64,000 nucleotides of DNA from a virus. The position numbers and the translations under genes are program-made. The stretch lies in IMG/VR virus record IMGVR_UViG_3300045988_023906. The stretch is one strand, 5' to 3'. The notes beneath the pieces are model-generated. The model saw only the letters and a list, made by a program, of their open reading frames with translations. It did not search any database and was not told where the DNA came from. This document shows, piece by piece, positions 46,001 through 54,397 of this stretch. Every line of letters starts with the position of its first letter. The first letter of the stretch is position 1.

Positions 46001-49000
46001 CAGTCTTGAGAGTACCATCTTCATTACAGTAATCACTGAACTCCAATGCTACTTCCTTACCATTAATATCAGTATAACTAATATCCCAAGGAATTTCACA
46101 CTCTGCATATAAGATGTTATTAGGATTATTAGGGTCTACAACATAGTGTAAATCACCAGACTCTTCATATCCCTTAATACCCATTGCAGATACCTGAACA
46201 GCACTACCTCCTTTAATAGACTGCTTATTAACTCTCTTCTTGAATATACTGAATAGCATTGCAGAAGAATCATGTTCCAATGCTCCTTCAAACAAAGGTA
46301 CCAAGAACTTGTCATCTCCTGTCAAAGAATATGCCAACATATTATCCATAGATTCCCTGCTATTATTGATAGTAGTCTGAAGAAGTTTATCACTTAACTT
46401 CTTTATATCAGATACTTCATTAGCAAATAAATCATAGGACTTAAGTATATTAGCTACAATAAGAGAGTTATAGAATGAAACTAGGTTTCTACCATTCAAT
46501 CTTACCTCACCATATTTACCTCCAAGATTTACTTTCTTTCCACCAACATAATTCTCATAGTGATAGTCATCCATTTTAATGTTAGCCATAATAAGCTTTC
46601 TTACCTGAGTACCAAATAACTGAGAGCTATTAATATGCTCAGGTACATTAGTCTGAATTCTATAATCACCATAACTTAATTGATGGATATAAGCCTTGTC
46701 AAGTGCATTACTTAACTCTTGAGCATTAGAAGCTTTAGATATATCAGTAGAACCAAATCCACCAACCTTAACAATCTCAGTAGAACCTACCAAATCTACG
46801 CCCTTAGACTCCATCCAATAGGCCATATCCCTTAACTTACTACCAGCAGGTAATAACTCTGGGATAAGTACTGCTTCAGCATACTTATGCTGAACTGGAA
46901 TTTTTAACTTATCAGTACTATTTACTGCCAAGTTTTCTATAGTGTACATATAAGGTTTAATAGGTTGAAATACTACAGACATATTAGCAACTTCAGTAAG
47001 TTTGTCAGAAGGAATCTGAGCATCTTTACCATATTCAGCTCTGAGCTGTTTAATAGTATTATACACATTTTCCATTTCCTGTGTCCACTTACCAGCCATA
47101 CCCATTACTTTTCTGTAGCTTTCAAGGGTTCTATATCCCTGACCATCAGTAAGAGTATTCTTAGTATAAGCTTTATATACTGGAGAGTTCTTGCCGAACT
47201 TAGCTTCAATAGCTTTCATGAATTCAGGATTAGACACTTCTGCATTTAAATTAATGTCATCAAAATAAACACATCTTTCTATTCCATCCTCACTATAAAG
47301 ATTGCCATCAAAGTCTCTAGCTTCAAGGCTTAATACACTGCCTGGGGCATGTATTTCCTTATATCTCTTCTGTAAGTCTTTAGTTCCCTTATAGAATGCC
47401 GGGTCAATAGTGAACAATTGAAGCTGCTGTATAGTAGCAAACTTTGTATTCCAATAGTAGTCTGCTATTACCTCATCTATAGACTTATTACCATTTACTT
47501 CTTGACTGAAATATACATATTGTACCTCCTTTTTGTTTGTCTTAGGATTATATACTTCTTTAGTTTCAAGAAGACCTAAGTTATTAAGGCTTGTTTTGAA
47601 GCTATTTACAGCCTCCTCCATATAGGCTTGAATAGCCTTTACAACTTCCTGCTTTGAAGGATTTTCCCCTATCATAGCTGCATACTTGCCTACAGTACCA
47701 TCAGGAGATTTGTAATCCTTGTTGAGGAAAGGAAGAGCTGTATATTCATTCTCTTTACTTGAGAAGTTTTCAATAAGTGAATACCCACCTTCTTTTAACT
47801 TAGTATTAGCTGCTGATGTGAGAGCCATTCTTCTTCTCTCTTGTCTATATACATCATACAGACCATCAAGTATCTCCTGAGTAGAATATCTTTTAGCTTT
47901 AATAAACTTAGATACTCCACTATCTCCTAAGATAAATACAGGATAATAAGCATATTGACTATTAGCACTTAGCTGTCTTTCAGAGAAATATTCTGCCATC
48001 ATGTCAATAGTATGTTGTTTACTAGTAAAGTTCTCAAAGCTATTATCAGAAGTTCCTAAGAATCTCTTAAATCCAAAGTTGGCAGCAAAATCTTTCTCAT
48101 CTAAGCCACTCTCATAAAGGTCTCTCAACCACCTATTGAATATAGTACCATTATCCTTATCCATGAAGAAAGAAGAGTCCAAGAACTCATTTTCAATCAT
48201 TCTCCTAAGACCTTGCCTGTCATTGTTAGACACAAAACTGGCAATTCTATCCATCCTGTCTCCAAGATATGAAGGAATGACATTACTGAACAAAGTAACA
48301 TTATTACCATTCTTATCTTTATGCCTTACTCTAGACTCAAGTCTAAGACCTTCTCTGTTCTTAGTTACAATAGATAACATCTTGTCAATCTTCTCTCTTA
48401 TAACTCCCTGCTTTGCTGTAGAGCCTGCTGGAGAAAATCTTATAAAGTCTTTGAAAGACCTATTAGACAAAGAGTACTCACCTTTATCAAGTGATTCAAG
48501 CTCCTTCTTATTAAGAATCTTGTCAGTACCAAACTCTACTAACTCACTGATAGCATCAGTAAACTTATGAAGGTCTCTACCACTAGACATAATCTTATCC
48601 AATGTTCCACCATCAATGTCTATACCCAAAGCTTCAGTAATCTTAATGAGAACTCTTTTCTTTTCTTGCCAAGAAGTTTCTTTATTGTTATAGAACTTTG
48701 GTGTAATGCTTACAGACTTACTTGGAAAATATTCCTTAACCAACTCTCTTAGACTCTGTAAGTTTTTCCAATTGATACTACCATCCTTGTTAAATACAGA
48801 GGTATTTGGATTAACCTGTTTACCCAAAGTGATACTAGTAAGGTATTGACCAGAGAGACTATTATTAACTCTATTCAATATAAGAGTCTTGAAAGTTCTT
48901 AACCCATTCTTTACCTCTTCAAGAAGGATAGAGTAAGGTTGAAAGTTCTTCTTAAAATCTACATAGAACTGTGTCCTAAGCTGGTCATTATTTTCAAGCT

Positions 49001-49934
49001 CTTCTATAACAGGCTGTAACCAAGTCTGACTGTTAGAGGCATTTCTAAGCAAACCTATCATTTGTCTTTCAGATGTAACACCTCTTAATATTTCAATCAA
49101 AGACTGGTGTGCTTTAACAGGGTCAAGCATTATAGGAAAACCTAAGTCATCATATACTTCTTCTCCATTTTCAACTCTCTGAATAGAACCTAAAAGTTTT
49201 CTTACTTGTTTTCCTACAGAACCAAATGCAGAGTGCATATCAGAGGTCTCTTGCCATGCTTCTCTTTTAGACTCTGAAGCATCATATAATTCAGATAACT
49301 TATTATCATTGTAGTTATCTGGATTTGTATCATCTGCATACTCTATCTTGTCACCAAGTCTGAGTTCCTCTGTATCTCTCAATCTCATTCTAGCATGAGA
49401 GACTAGTGCTCCCCAGTTTTCAAGAACCTTCTTATAACTATTGGCTGTATCCATATCACCTTCTTCAACAGCCTCTGAATAGTATTCAAGCAAGTCATTA
49501 TAAACACCTTCAAATACTGAGAATTGACCTGCCACTAGTTTACCATTTGAAACAAATCCATTACATATAACTTTCCTACTTAGGAAAGGATTAGCTTCTT
49601 GTAAGGCATCAAGTCTGTCAGAAAACATAGTAGAAATCATATTGATTCTATTAAATCTCTCTTCAGCACTAAAAGACTCCTTCAACTTCTGATAAGACTC
49701 AGATAAATTAGAACTAGTAGTCTTGATAGACTCTGCATTCATTTTTCCTAAGTCTCTTCTATATGAGATCAAGTCCTGTACAGCCTTATCAAGGTCTGAT
49801 GTATCAAGTGGAGATGAGTGTGATTCATCATACATTCCTCTTAATGTAGCTACTCTATACTCATTCCAACCCTGAATTTTACTAGCAATTACGTCATCAA
49901 TTCCCTTAATAGGATTATAACATTTTGTACTCAT
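43092..49934 (-). CDS. virion-packaged RNA polymerase (crAss-like / phi14:2 gp66-type, 2280 aa)
   Basis: The size fits, and GTTIAGFDFDIDKLYF carries the metal-binding DxDxD motif (DFDID, residues ~1372-1376, nt 45807-45821), as described for the crAss-like virion RNAP. Confidence 0.75.
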   Translation of the reverse strand: MSTKCYNPIKGIDDVIASKIQGWNEYRVATLRGMYDESHSSPLDTSDLDKAVQDLISYRRDLGKMNAESIKTTSSNLSESYQKLKESFSAEERFNRINMISTMFSDRLDALQEANPFLSRKVICNGFVSNGKLVAGQFSVFEGVYNDLLEYYSEAVEEGDMDTANSYKKVLENWGALVSHARMRLRDTEELRLGDKIEYADDTNPDNYNDNKLSELYDASESKREAWQETSDMHSAFGSVGKQVRKLLGSIQRVENGEEVYDDLGFPIMLDPVKAHQSLIEILRGVTSERQMIGLLRNASNSQTWLQPVIEELENNDQLRTQFYVDFKKNFQPYSILLEEVKNGLRTFKTLILNRVNNSLSGQYLTSITLGKQVNPNTSVFNKDGSINWKNLQSLRELVKEYFPSKSVSITPKFYNNKETSWQEKKRVLIKITEALGIDIDGGTLDKIMSSGRDLHKFTDAISELVEFGTDKILNKKELESLDKGEYSLSNRSFKDFIRFSPAGSTAKQGVIREKIDKMLSIVTKNREGLRLESRVRHKDKNGNNVTLFSNVIPSYLGDRMDRIASFVSNNDRQGLRRMIENEFLDSSFFMDKDNGTIFNRWLRDLYESGLDEKDFAANFGFKRFLGTSDNSFENFTSKQHTIDMMAEYFSERQLSANSQYAYYPVFILGDSGVSKFIKAKRYSTQEILDGLYDVYRQERRRMALTSAANTKLKEGGYSLIENFSSKENEYTALPFLNKDYKSPDGTVGKYAAMIGENPSKQEVVKAIQAYMEEAVNSFKTSLNNLGLLETKEVYNPKTNKKEVQYVYFSQEVNGNKSIDEVIADYYWNTKFATIQQLQLFTIDPAFYKGTKDLQKRYKEIHAPGSVLSLEARDFDGNLYSEDGIERCVYFDDINLNAEVSNPEFMKAIEAKFGKNSPVYKAYTKNTLTDGQGYRTLESYRKVMGMAGKWTQEMENVYNTIKQLRAEYGKDAQIPSDKLTEVANMSVVFQPIKPYMYTIENLAVNSTDKLKIPVQHKYAEAVLIPELLPAGSKLRDMAYWMESKGVDLVGSTEIVKVGGFGSTDISKASNAQELSNALDKAYIHQLSYGDYRIQTNVPEHINSSQLFGTQVRKLIMANIKMDDYHYENYVGGKKVNLGGKYGEVRLNGRNLVSFYNSLIVANILKSYDLFANEVSDIKKLSDKLLQTTINNSRESMDNMLAYSLTGDDKFLVPLFEGALEHDSSAMLFSIFKKRVNKQSIKGGSAVQVSAMGIKGYEESGDLHYVVDPNNPNNILYAECEIPWDISYTDINGKEVALEFSDYCNEDGTLKTDKDGNTLLEKKFPNALSILAYRIPTERDYSMINLRVKRFSQKTAGGTIKVPAQGTTIAGFDFDIDKLYFMRNEYRQRELSSSEVAEIWKEFYETYPNIKDVLKEAREEDTESLNRLYKYWDKVGLPYSYKEAFAQFIADRGYISFESYDFSKSSLDNTRAARNNMLIKLIQERLMDYETFEQRYTPGGFANASKAARTLRELLFGNLEGIVSRGTVDFNAIAERAKDSKSDPEPNYDPSDPMTIITYNQQNQVAGKLIGIFANQNTNHAFSSLMSEFTLKDPIRFAGHSYNDLLHAPKGIDVDLNVAEFLAASVDAVKDPVLNFLNLNTITADAGAVLARIGYTTQEIGLLFNQPIIKEICEYSFNNGVTADMAMREVVKNYMGDDTESPKANPDEDFSINKLALNIVNDRVMREQGKNAMDNQSFKADQLKVAELFSQIQTVAGDISQFVTSSKFTASNAVGSTFGDLYSQQMKVKNYIDKFVVKNGKNALSVNMKVTDIIDSPITNNTNLQGSNQEYLKSLIENPLAYEQAMYDMNRRAGMLLNSYYPYNTPSYSGARNRLAELTKSNFLDADTINSIHSDMLVYMLSQQEDSLFNGEMPTKDGIPAREYYTKHFAKEVFNTLESNPDLKSLPLFQYMQFVTNEKTGDISMNVQGIGGLAPYQKDELKESWAELLKTEPDLARDLFMYNFYKLGFTFSPLAFMNLAPTELKLAIKVGRKWDSSANDGNGAWVERSYVDFLNDVKEGTVTANSEKFAKQYILNHLDNRRLVFTAKGSNLKYLKTLVYKNGEAVSNFTLDVNKLGDDAKNYTIKDSTLPKNCVAFRPCIVVNGITYICDSSNDKFNVSYDGSITYYKVSQLGTTNKSLQYVSDSESRLTDNEQYDNNMEGNSSQEFIPENTPNSFNREEAINQIIDYGIKNGEFMAEQVESIKEYLNSQSDVDLSDTVNAIRNEIQNSGLTDNTGEKVC

Positions 49935-49945
49935 ATAAATTAATA

Positions 49946-49979
49946 TTAATTTTTATGCAAAGGTAAGTAACTTAATTGT
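49946..49979 (-). promoter_or_regulatory. Bacteroidota-type promoter (CTTG-N20-TACCTTTGCA) for the RNAP operon
   Basis: The reverse complement reads CTTGtgtattacaattaagttactTACCTTTGCA. The last G of TTTG is 14 nt upstream of ATG 49934. Confidence 0.6.
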
Positions 49980-49984
49980 AATAC

Positions 49985-50030
49985 ACAAGCTTTTATTCAA
50001 AAAGCTAAAGGGAGAACAAGTATTTAACTT
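49985..50030 (-). terminator. intrinsic terminator
   Basis: The stem aagggagaa / ttctccctt (49998-50006 and 50022-50030) is followed on the minus strand by tagctttttg. Confidence 0.6.
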
Positions 50031-50046
50031 ATTCTCCCTTATAAGA

Positions 50047-50577
50047 TTACTCAACAATGTACTTGACACCATTGAATATGAGCCATTTGATTGTTAAGAT
50101 ATTGACTGGTCTAATACCTGACTCTTTATCAGTCTTAGTAATGTCCATATCTACACAATCATATCTGCCATCTCTTGATTCAAATTGAATCTTATAGCCT
50201 CTAAGAACTCTATCTTCACCTTCTTCATAAGGAAGTACAGGGTTATTAACCAGCTCAGTAATAAGATTCTTTGCTGCATTTGCAACACCTTTCTTATTGT
50301 TCTTAACTGTGTCAATACTATTTGAGAACTGCTCTACAATAGCATCAATCTCCTCCTGTAACTTTCTCTTACTCTTAGGTTTATCCTGCTTCTTGAAACA
50401 TACAGTAAATACCTGACCAGAATGGATGTTCTCCCAAATACTTCTAATACCAAGAGTACCATCCTTCTTATCTTCCTTAGTTACCTTTACTGTAGTTTCA
50501 AACAAGTCAGCAGAATTAGTGTAGTTCTTCAGATAGCTCATACCAGTCACCACTCTTAAATTGAGTAAGCCAAGCAT
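50047..50577 (-). CDS. hypothetical protein
   Basis: 176-aa ORF. An alternative start at 50541 (MSYLKNY) would leave room for an upstream 48-aa ORF. No motif recognised. Confidence 0.45.
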   Translation of the reverse strand: MLGLLNLRVVTGMSYLKNYTNSADLFETTVKVTKEDKKDGTLGIRSIWENIHSGQVFTVCFKKQDKPKSKRKLQEEIDAIVEQFSNSIDTVKNNKKGVANAAKNLITELVNNPVLPYEEGEDRVLRGYKIQFESRDGRYDCVDMDITKTDKESGIRPVNILTIKWLIFNGVKYIVE

Positions 50578-50663
50578 TAGAGCCTGATACTCTGTTCACA
50601 ATATAGTGAGAACTCTCACTAATAATGGAACCTTGCTTTAACTGATTTATTTGCTCAATCATA

Positions 50664-50903
50664 TCAAATAAGCTTTTCTATATTAGACATAAATGTTTCA
50701 GCCTCCTGCTTAGTAACACCAATAGTTTTGATGTCTTCCTGCAATGCAGCAATTTGAGATTCCTTCTTTGCAATCTCTGACTCCATTTCTGCATGGAGAT
50801 TACTTGCATTCTCATGTGCAGTCTTAAACATAGACTTAATGCTTGCCACTCTTTCACTGAAAGAAGGTGCAGCTACAACTGATTTCTTCGTACCAAAAGC
50901 CAT
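50664..50903 (-). CDS. small coiled-coil protein
   Basis: Start moved to ATG 50903 (MAFGTKKS). The track start 50939 overlaps thyX and reads through the A-run. Confidence 0.45.
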   Translation of the reverse strand: MAFGTKKSVVAAPSFSERVASIKSMFKTAHENASNLHAEMESEIAKKESQIAALQEDIKTIGVTKQEAETFMSNIEKLI

Positions 50904-50913
50904 ACTTTTTTTT

Positions 50914-51804
50914 TTAGTTATTAATATACTTTCTTGCAATAAACTCTTTCATTAGAGGTTCTGCTAATTCCTTAGCCTGAGGATGTGGAGCACCTGTAGT
51001 ACCTCTTGCTCTTAGGTCAAAGAAGTGATTCCAATCAGATACAAATCCAGTTACAACCAATTCTGTCTTTAAGGAGTTAGGTAAAACAGCTCTTGCTTCT
51101 TGTGGTTTCCAACCTAAGTCAATCAAGTCAATATAATCCTTTTCAGCATTATTTAGACTGGCAATGAAGATACTTTCAAGAGATTTATCCCTTATTACAG
51201 TATGATAAGGTCCATATAGTTTCAGTCTCTCATCATCCAACCAACAGGGTTGAATAAATGTAAGCTCATTGCCAAATTTATCCTTGGAATAGTTACAATA
51301 CCTTGTGCTTTCTTGGGCAAAAGACATTACTCTGTGCCTTACAAACTCATGTGATACGCCTCTATCACATACAAAGTGTACAGTGATTCTCTTCTCATGG
51401 AACTCTGTAGGTTTACAGATATACTTTAAGTCATCAAGCCAGCCATTCTCTACCAATACTCTGTAGTTAGTAGTAATGCACTTACAACTTCCATAAAGTA
51501 TATCACCATGACAATTATATACCTCTGTTCCTTCTTTAACTACTGAATACTTATTAGACTTATATTTATCAATCAGCTCAGAGTTTTCAATAACATTGAA
51601 TACTTTAAGATATACTGTACCATGCTCTAACATAGCACCATGACCAGACTTAATCATTCTATCTACAAATGACTTGGCAGAATCTTCTGTAATCTTGTCC
51701 TCTGACTTATAGCATATTCTGCCTGCTCTCTCTATCTGTTTATATACTCCTTCAAGTCCAGAAGGTTGTTCCCATATCTCAAATGATGGTTTAATCAGTT
51801 TCAT
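50914..51804 (-). CDS. thyX: FAD-dependent thymidylate synthase
   Basis: The ThyX signature is present: ..SHEFVRHRVMSFAQESTRY.. (RHRxxSxxxxS), plus an N-terminal ..CYKS.. and the ..GHGAMLEH.. motif. Confidence 0.85.
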   Translation of the reverse strand: MKLIKPSFEIWEQPSGLEGVYKQIERAGRICYKSEDKITEDSAKSFVDRMIKSGHGAMLEHGTVYLKVFNVIENSELIDKYKSNKYSVVKEGTEVYNCHGDILYGSCKCITTNYRVLVENGWLDDLKYICKPTEFHEKRITVHFVCDRGVSHEFVRHRVMSFAQESTRYCNYSKDKFGNELTFIQPCWLDDERLKLYGPYHTVIRDKSLESIFIASLNNAEKDYIDLIDLGWKPQEARAVLPNSLKTELVVTGFVSDWNHFFDLRARGTTGAPHPQAKELAEPLMKEFIARKYINN

Positions 51805-51825
51805 TGTGCCTAAATATTTTACTTA

Positions 51826-52206
51826 TTAATTCCATAATCCTATCTTCTTTCCTGCTAATTCATCAATAAAACAGAATCTAGTTCCATCCTTCAAGGAATG
51901 TATATACTTACTGAAGTGTGCAATTAAAGGAGTCTCATTTCTTACCCCAACAACTTGCCCTGTTCTATATACTTCTTCACTAGAAGATTTCTCTGGGTCT
52001 ATTCCAATAAAGAACACAACTTTGTCTTTATACTCAGAACACTCCTTACAGGCATGGTCAGAAAATCCTATAGCCTTCCCATCTAACTCCTCTACTTCAG
52101 AAGCAGCCTCCTTTGTAAGGCGAGTGTTTGTCACAATTACCTCTTCAGCTACTCCTCCGCAGATTGGGCACATGTACTTGACCAAGGAAACTTTAAAATT
52201 ATCCAT
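51826..52206 (-). CDS. Zn-ribbon protein, unknown function
   Basis: Start moved to ATG 52206 (MDNFKVSLVKYMCPICGG...CKEC). The track start reads through the A20 tract as KKKKKKRKK. Confidence 0.5.
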   Translation of the reverse strand: MDNFKVSLVKYMCPICGGVAEEVIVTNTRLTKEAASEVEELDGKAIGFSDHACKECSEYKDKVVFFIGIDPEKSSSEEVYRTGQVVGVRNETPLIAHFSKYIHSLKDGTRFCFIDELAGKKIGLWN

Positions 52207-52214
52207 TTTCTTTC

Positions 52215-52234
52215 TTTTTTTTTTTTTTTTTTTT
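52215..52234 (-). repeat. poly(A)20 (minus strand) between a TAA stop and the next ATG
   Basis: T run counted directly on the plus strand at 52215-52234. On the coding strand it reads TAA-A(n)-GAAAGAAA-ATG. Confidence 0.95.
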
Positions 52235-52421
52235 AACCGGCAGTCTTTTTCAAGGCCCTTATACCATACTCTCTGACTCCAATTAGTTTGCATTTATGAA
52301 AATTCTCATCGAATAGTTTTTCAGCCTCAGAGATACTGTCGGCCTCTATAAACACTGTATCTTCAAACCCAAGCTTACCAATGTAGCTTATGAGGTAAAG
52401 TTTAATTTCTACAAGTTTCAT
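52233..52421 (-). CDS. hypothetical small protein
   Basis: 62-aa ORF, ATGA-coupled to the ORF upstream. Confidence 0.4.
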   Translation of the reverse strand: MKLVEIKLYLISYIGKLGFEDTVFIEADSISEAEKLFDENFHKCKLIGVREYGIRALKKTAG

Positions 52422-52525
52422 ATTCCTTCTCTATATTTCTTACATAAGTAGAGTAAGGAAAGGGCATATGCCTTATTGTAATTACCCTTGCTTGCCTCTT
52501 CCATTATCCTATCCTCAAGATTCAT
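52418..52525 (-). CDS. small ORF (35 aa)
   Basis: MNLEDRIMEEASKGNYNKAYALSLLYLCKKYREGI. It is ATGA-overlapped at both ends with neighbouring genes. Confidence 0.3.
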   Translation of the reverse strand: MNLEDRIMEEASKGNYNKAYALSLLYLCKKYREGI

Positions 52526-52674
52526 GTGCTAAGCATTGCTACTATTCCATTCTGACACCTATTAGCTTCCTCCCATGCTGACTCCAAGTCCTCAAATACT
52601 AATACATCACATGTATCAAGGTCTCTTACAAGTTCAATGCTTCCATTAAAATCCTCTATCACTACTGCTCTCAT
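52522..52674 (-). CDS. small ORF (50 aa)
   Basis: MRAVVIEDFNGSIELVRDLDTCDVLVFEDLESAWEEANRCQNGIVAMLST. It has an ATGA overlap with the stop of 52671..53420. Confidence 0.35.
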   Translation of the reverse strand: MRAVVIEDFNGSIELVRDLDTCDVLVFEDLESAWEEANRCQNGIVAMLST

Positions 52675-53420
52675 ATTTGCTTAAGTTTAGTGCGGTCTTC
52701 ACAATCTTCACACCAACAATCATTACTCTCAAGAGTGTCTATAATCTGCCCAGTATTAGGGTTTATCCATGCTTGCACTTGAACATTGGTACCACCACAT
52801 TCACTGCAACAATACTTTGGTCTGTCCAAGACCTTTGGATAGTAGAGCAATGTTCCCATAGAGTTCTTATGAACATCTACATCAGGAAAATCTGCCTCAA
52901 ACTTTCCTGAGTTAAAAGGCTTTACTATCAGGTGTTCCCCTTGAACTGTGGGAATAGTGGCATATAAATAGTCATCATTAACATTGAAATAGTGCTCTAA
53001 CCACTCAACTATAGGCTTTTTCAAAGTTAAATCATCAATATCTATAATCCACTTGGACAATCTGGATTTGATTGTACCAGCAGCACTATTAAGTACCTTT
53101 CTGGGATTCACAGCCGACATATTATTCAAACAAACATTATTAGCCAATGCAGCTAACATGTGTTTATTGACAGCCTCAAAGTCCTTCCCAGTCACGTTAA
53201 TATATGCCCTTGCTCCATAATGTTCACAAAGGAGTATAATTTCTTCCCTCAAACTCTCAAGATGCTCCCTGCTTCTAATGAAGTAGGTTTTAATAGCACC
53301 TTCTTTGACCTTATCAGGCTTGTGGTCTTTAGCCCTTCGTACTATCTGACAATGAAAGAACATATTGTTTGCCTCATTGAAATAGAATAAAGGCTTGATT
53401 AATTCAAAATTGTCTATCAT
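52671..53420 (-). CDS. hypothetical protein with C-terminal Cys-rich Zn-ribbon; weak AEP (primase-polymerase)-like motif order
   Basis: KWIIDIDD (DxD), TVQGEHLIV (sGxH-like) and DVDVH appear in AEP order. The C-terminus is CCSECGG...CWCEDCED. This is motif-level only. Confidence 0.3.
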   Translation of the reverse strand: MIDNFELIKPLFYFNEANNMFFHCQIVRRAKDHKPDKVKEGAIKTYFIRSREHLESLREEIILLCEHYGARAYINVTGKDFEAVNKHMLAALANNVCLNNMSAVNPRKVLNSAAGTIKSRLSKWIIDIDDLTLKKPIVEWLEHYFNVNDDYLYATIPTVQGEHLIVKPFNSGKFEADFPDVDVHKNSMGTLLYYPKVLDRPKYCCSECGGTNVQVQAWINPNTGQIIDTLESNDCWCEDCEDRTKLKQI

Positions 53421-53433
53421 ATTATTACTTTTA

Positions 53434-53982
53434 CTAGGAATTAACTTCCAATTTTAGTAATGCCTCATATAACTTTTGTATTTCTTCAAAAGTACAATTA
53501 TTTTTAATTGTGTTTGCCCTATAACTAATAACCCAAATATTTCCTTTAGCATATCCTAGTGAGGGAATAATTTTATCTAAAGAAGGTGAATCATAGTTTC
53601 TTAAATTATCTCCTCTATCTCCCCTATTAGGTATTTTAAGATTAAGTTTAATACCTAAAACAGGGCACTCTGTAGGGATTACTATATCATCTTCACATAT
53701 ATTAAAAGGTAAATTAGATTTCTTAGCCCTTGCTTTAGCTGCTATAAACATTCTATGTTTATAAAAAGAAATAGGGTCTTCTAAAAATTTCTTCTTTACA
53801 TAAGAATTTTGCATATTAGCAGCATATTCAGGGTCAAGCAGTCTTTTATTTATTTTCCATTGTTTATCATAACTTCTTCTATGAAGTTTTCTACAAACAG
53901 GACATCTCTTAGCATGTGTAGCTCTCCTACTTTCTACTATAAATTCTTTCCCACAATCAATACAAACATATTTTCTTTCCAT
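53434..53982 (-). CDS. HNH/His-Me-finger endonuclease (free-standing homing-endonuclease-like)
   Basis: An N-terminal Zn-ribbon (CIDCGK...CPVCRK) is followed by CPVLGIKL....SPSLDKIIPSLGYAKGNIWVISYRANTIKN, the CP.LG...SLDRI..GY..GN..V.S..AN..K pattern of phage HNH endonucleases. Confidence 0.65.
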   Translation of the reverse strand: MERKYVCIDCGKEFIVESRRATHAKRCPVCRKLHRRSYDKQWKINKRLLDPEYAANMQNSYVKKKFLEDPISFYKHRMFIAAKARAKKSNLPFNICEDDIVIPTECPVLGIKLNLKIPNRGDRGDNLRNYDSPSLDKIIPSLGYAKGNIWVISYRANTIKNNCTFEEIQKLYEALLKLEVNS

Positions 53983-54002
53983 ACTATACTAAATATATAA
54001 TA

Positions 54003-54036
54003 AGCAAAGATAAATATAATAGGAAAGAGAATCAAG
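54003..54036 (-). promoter_or_regulatory. Bacteroidota-type promoter (CTTG-N20-TATCTTTGCT) in front of the HNH gene
   Basis: The reverse complement reads CTTGattctctttcctattatattTATCTTTGCT, 23 nt upstream of ATG 53982. Confidence 0.55.
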
Positions 54037-54055
54037 GAATATTGGTTAATAAAAG

Positions 54056-54397
54056 TTAATCAAGGACAATTTCAAAATCATCAACACACCAACCTTTAAG
54101 GTCATTGTATTGGTCATTATTGAACTCTCCCTTTACATATTTGTAGGCATCTTGTGGAAGTGTAATTTGCTCTTCTACTGCCCTTTTAAGGTCACATTTA
54201 GAGTAGTCTATATCCTCAAAATACTCACCATCCTCGTCCTTTCCAGAGTCAGTTATGCTATAATCGGATACTTTAATCTTAACAGTCTTACTAAGTGTGA
54301 CACTTACTGTAACCTCAATTTCCCTTTCAGGATTATCAACCTGATTCCAGGGTGCATCTTTAGTATCTGCACCCATAGGATAATTATAATTGTCCAT
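54056..54397 (-). CDS. acidic hypothetical protein
   Basis: 113 aa, D/E-rich, with an N-terminal ..PMGADTKDAPWNQ.. motif that I recall from many small phage proteins. It has a TAATG overlap with the HicA-like gene. Confidence 0.45.
   Translation of the reverse strand: MDNYNYPMGADTKDAPWNQVDNPEREIEVTVSVTLSKTVKIKVSDYSITDSGKDEDGEYFEDIDYSKCDLKRAVEEQITLPQDAYKYVKGEFNNDQYNDLKGWCVDDFEIVLD

Noticed and set aside
50516-50662. 48-aa minus-strand ORF (MIEQINQLKQGSIISESSHYIVNRVSGSNAWLTQFKSGDWYELSEELH) between 50664 and the next gene
   Set aside because: It competes with the ATG at 50577 of the 176-aa ORF in another frame, and I cannot decide between the two models without homologs.
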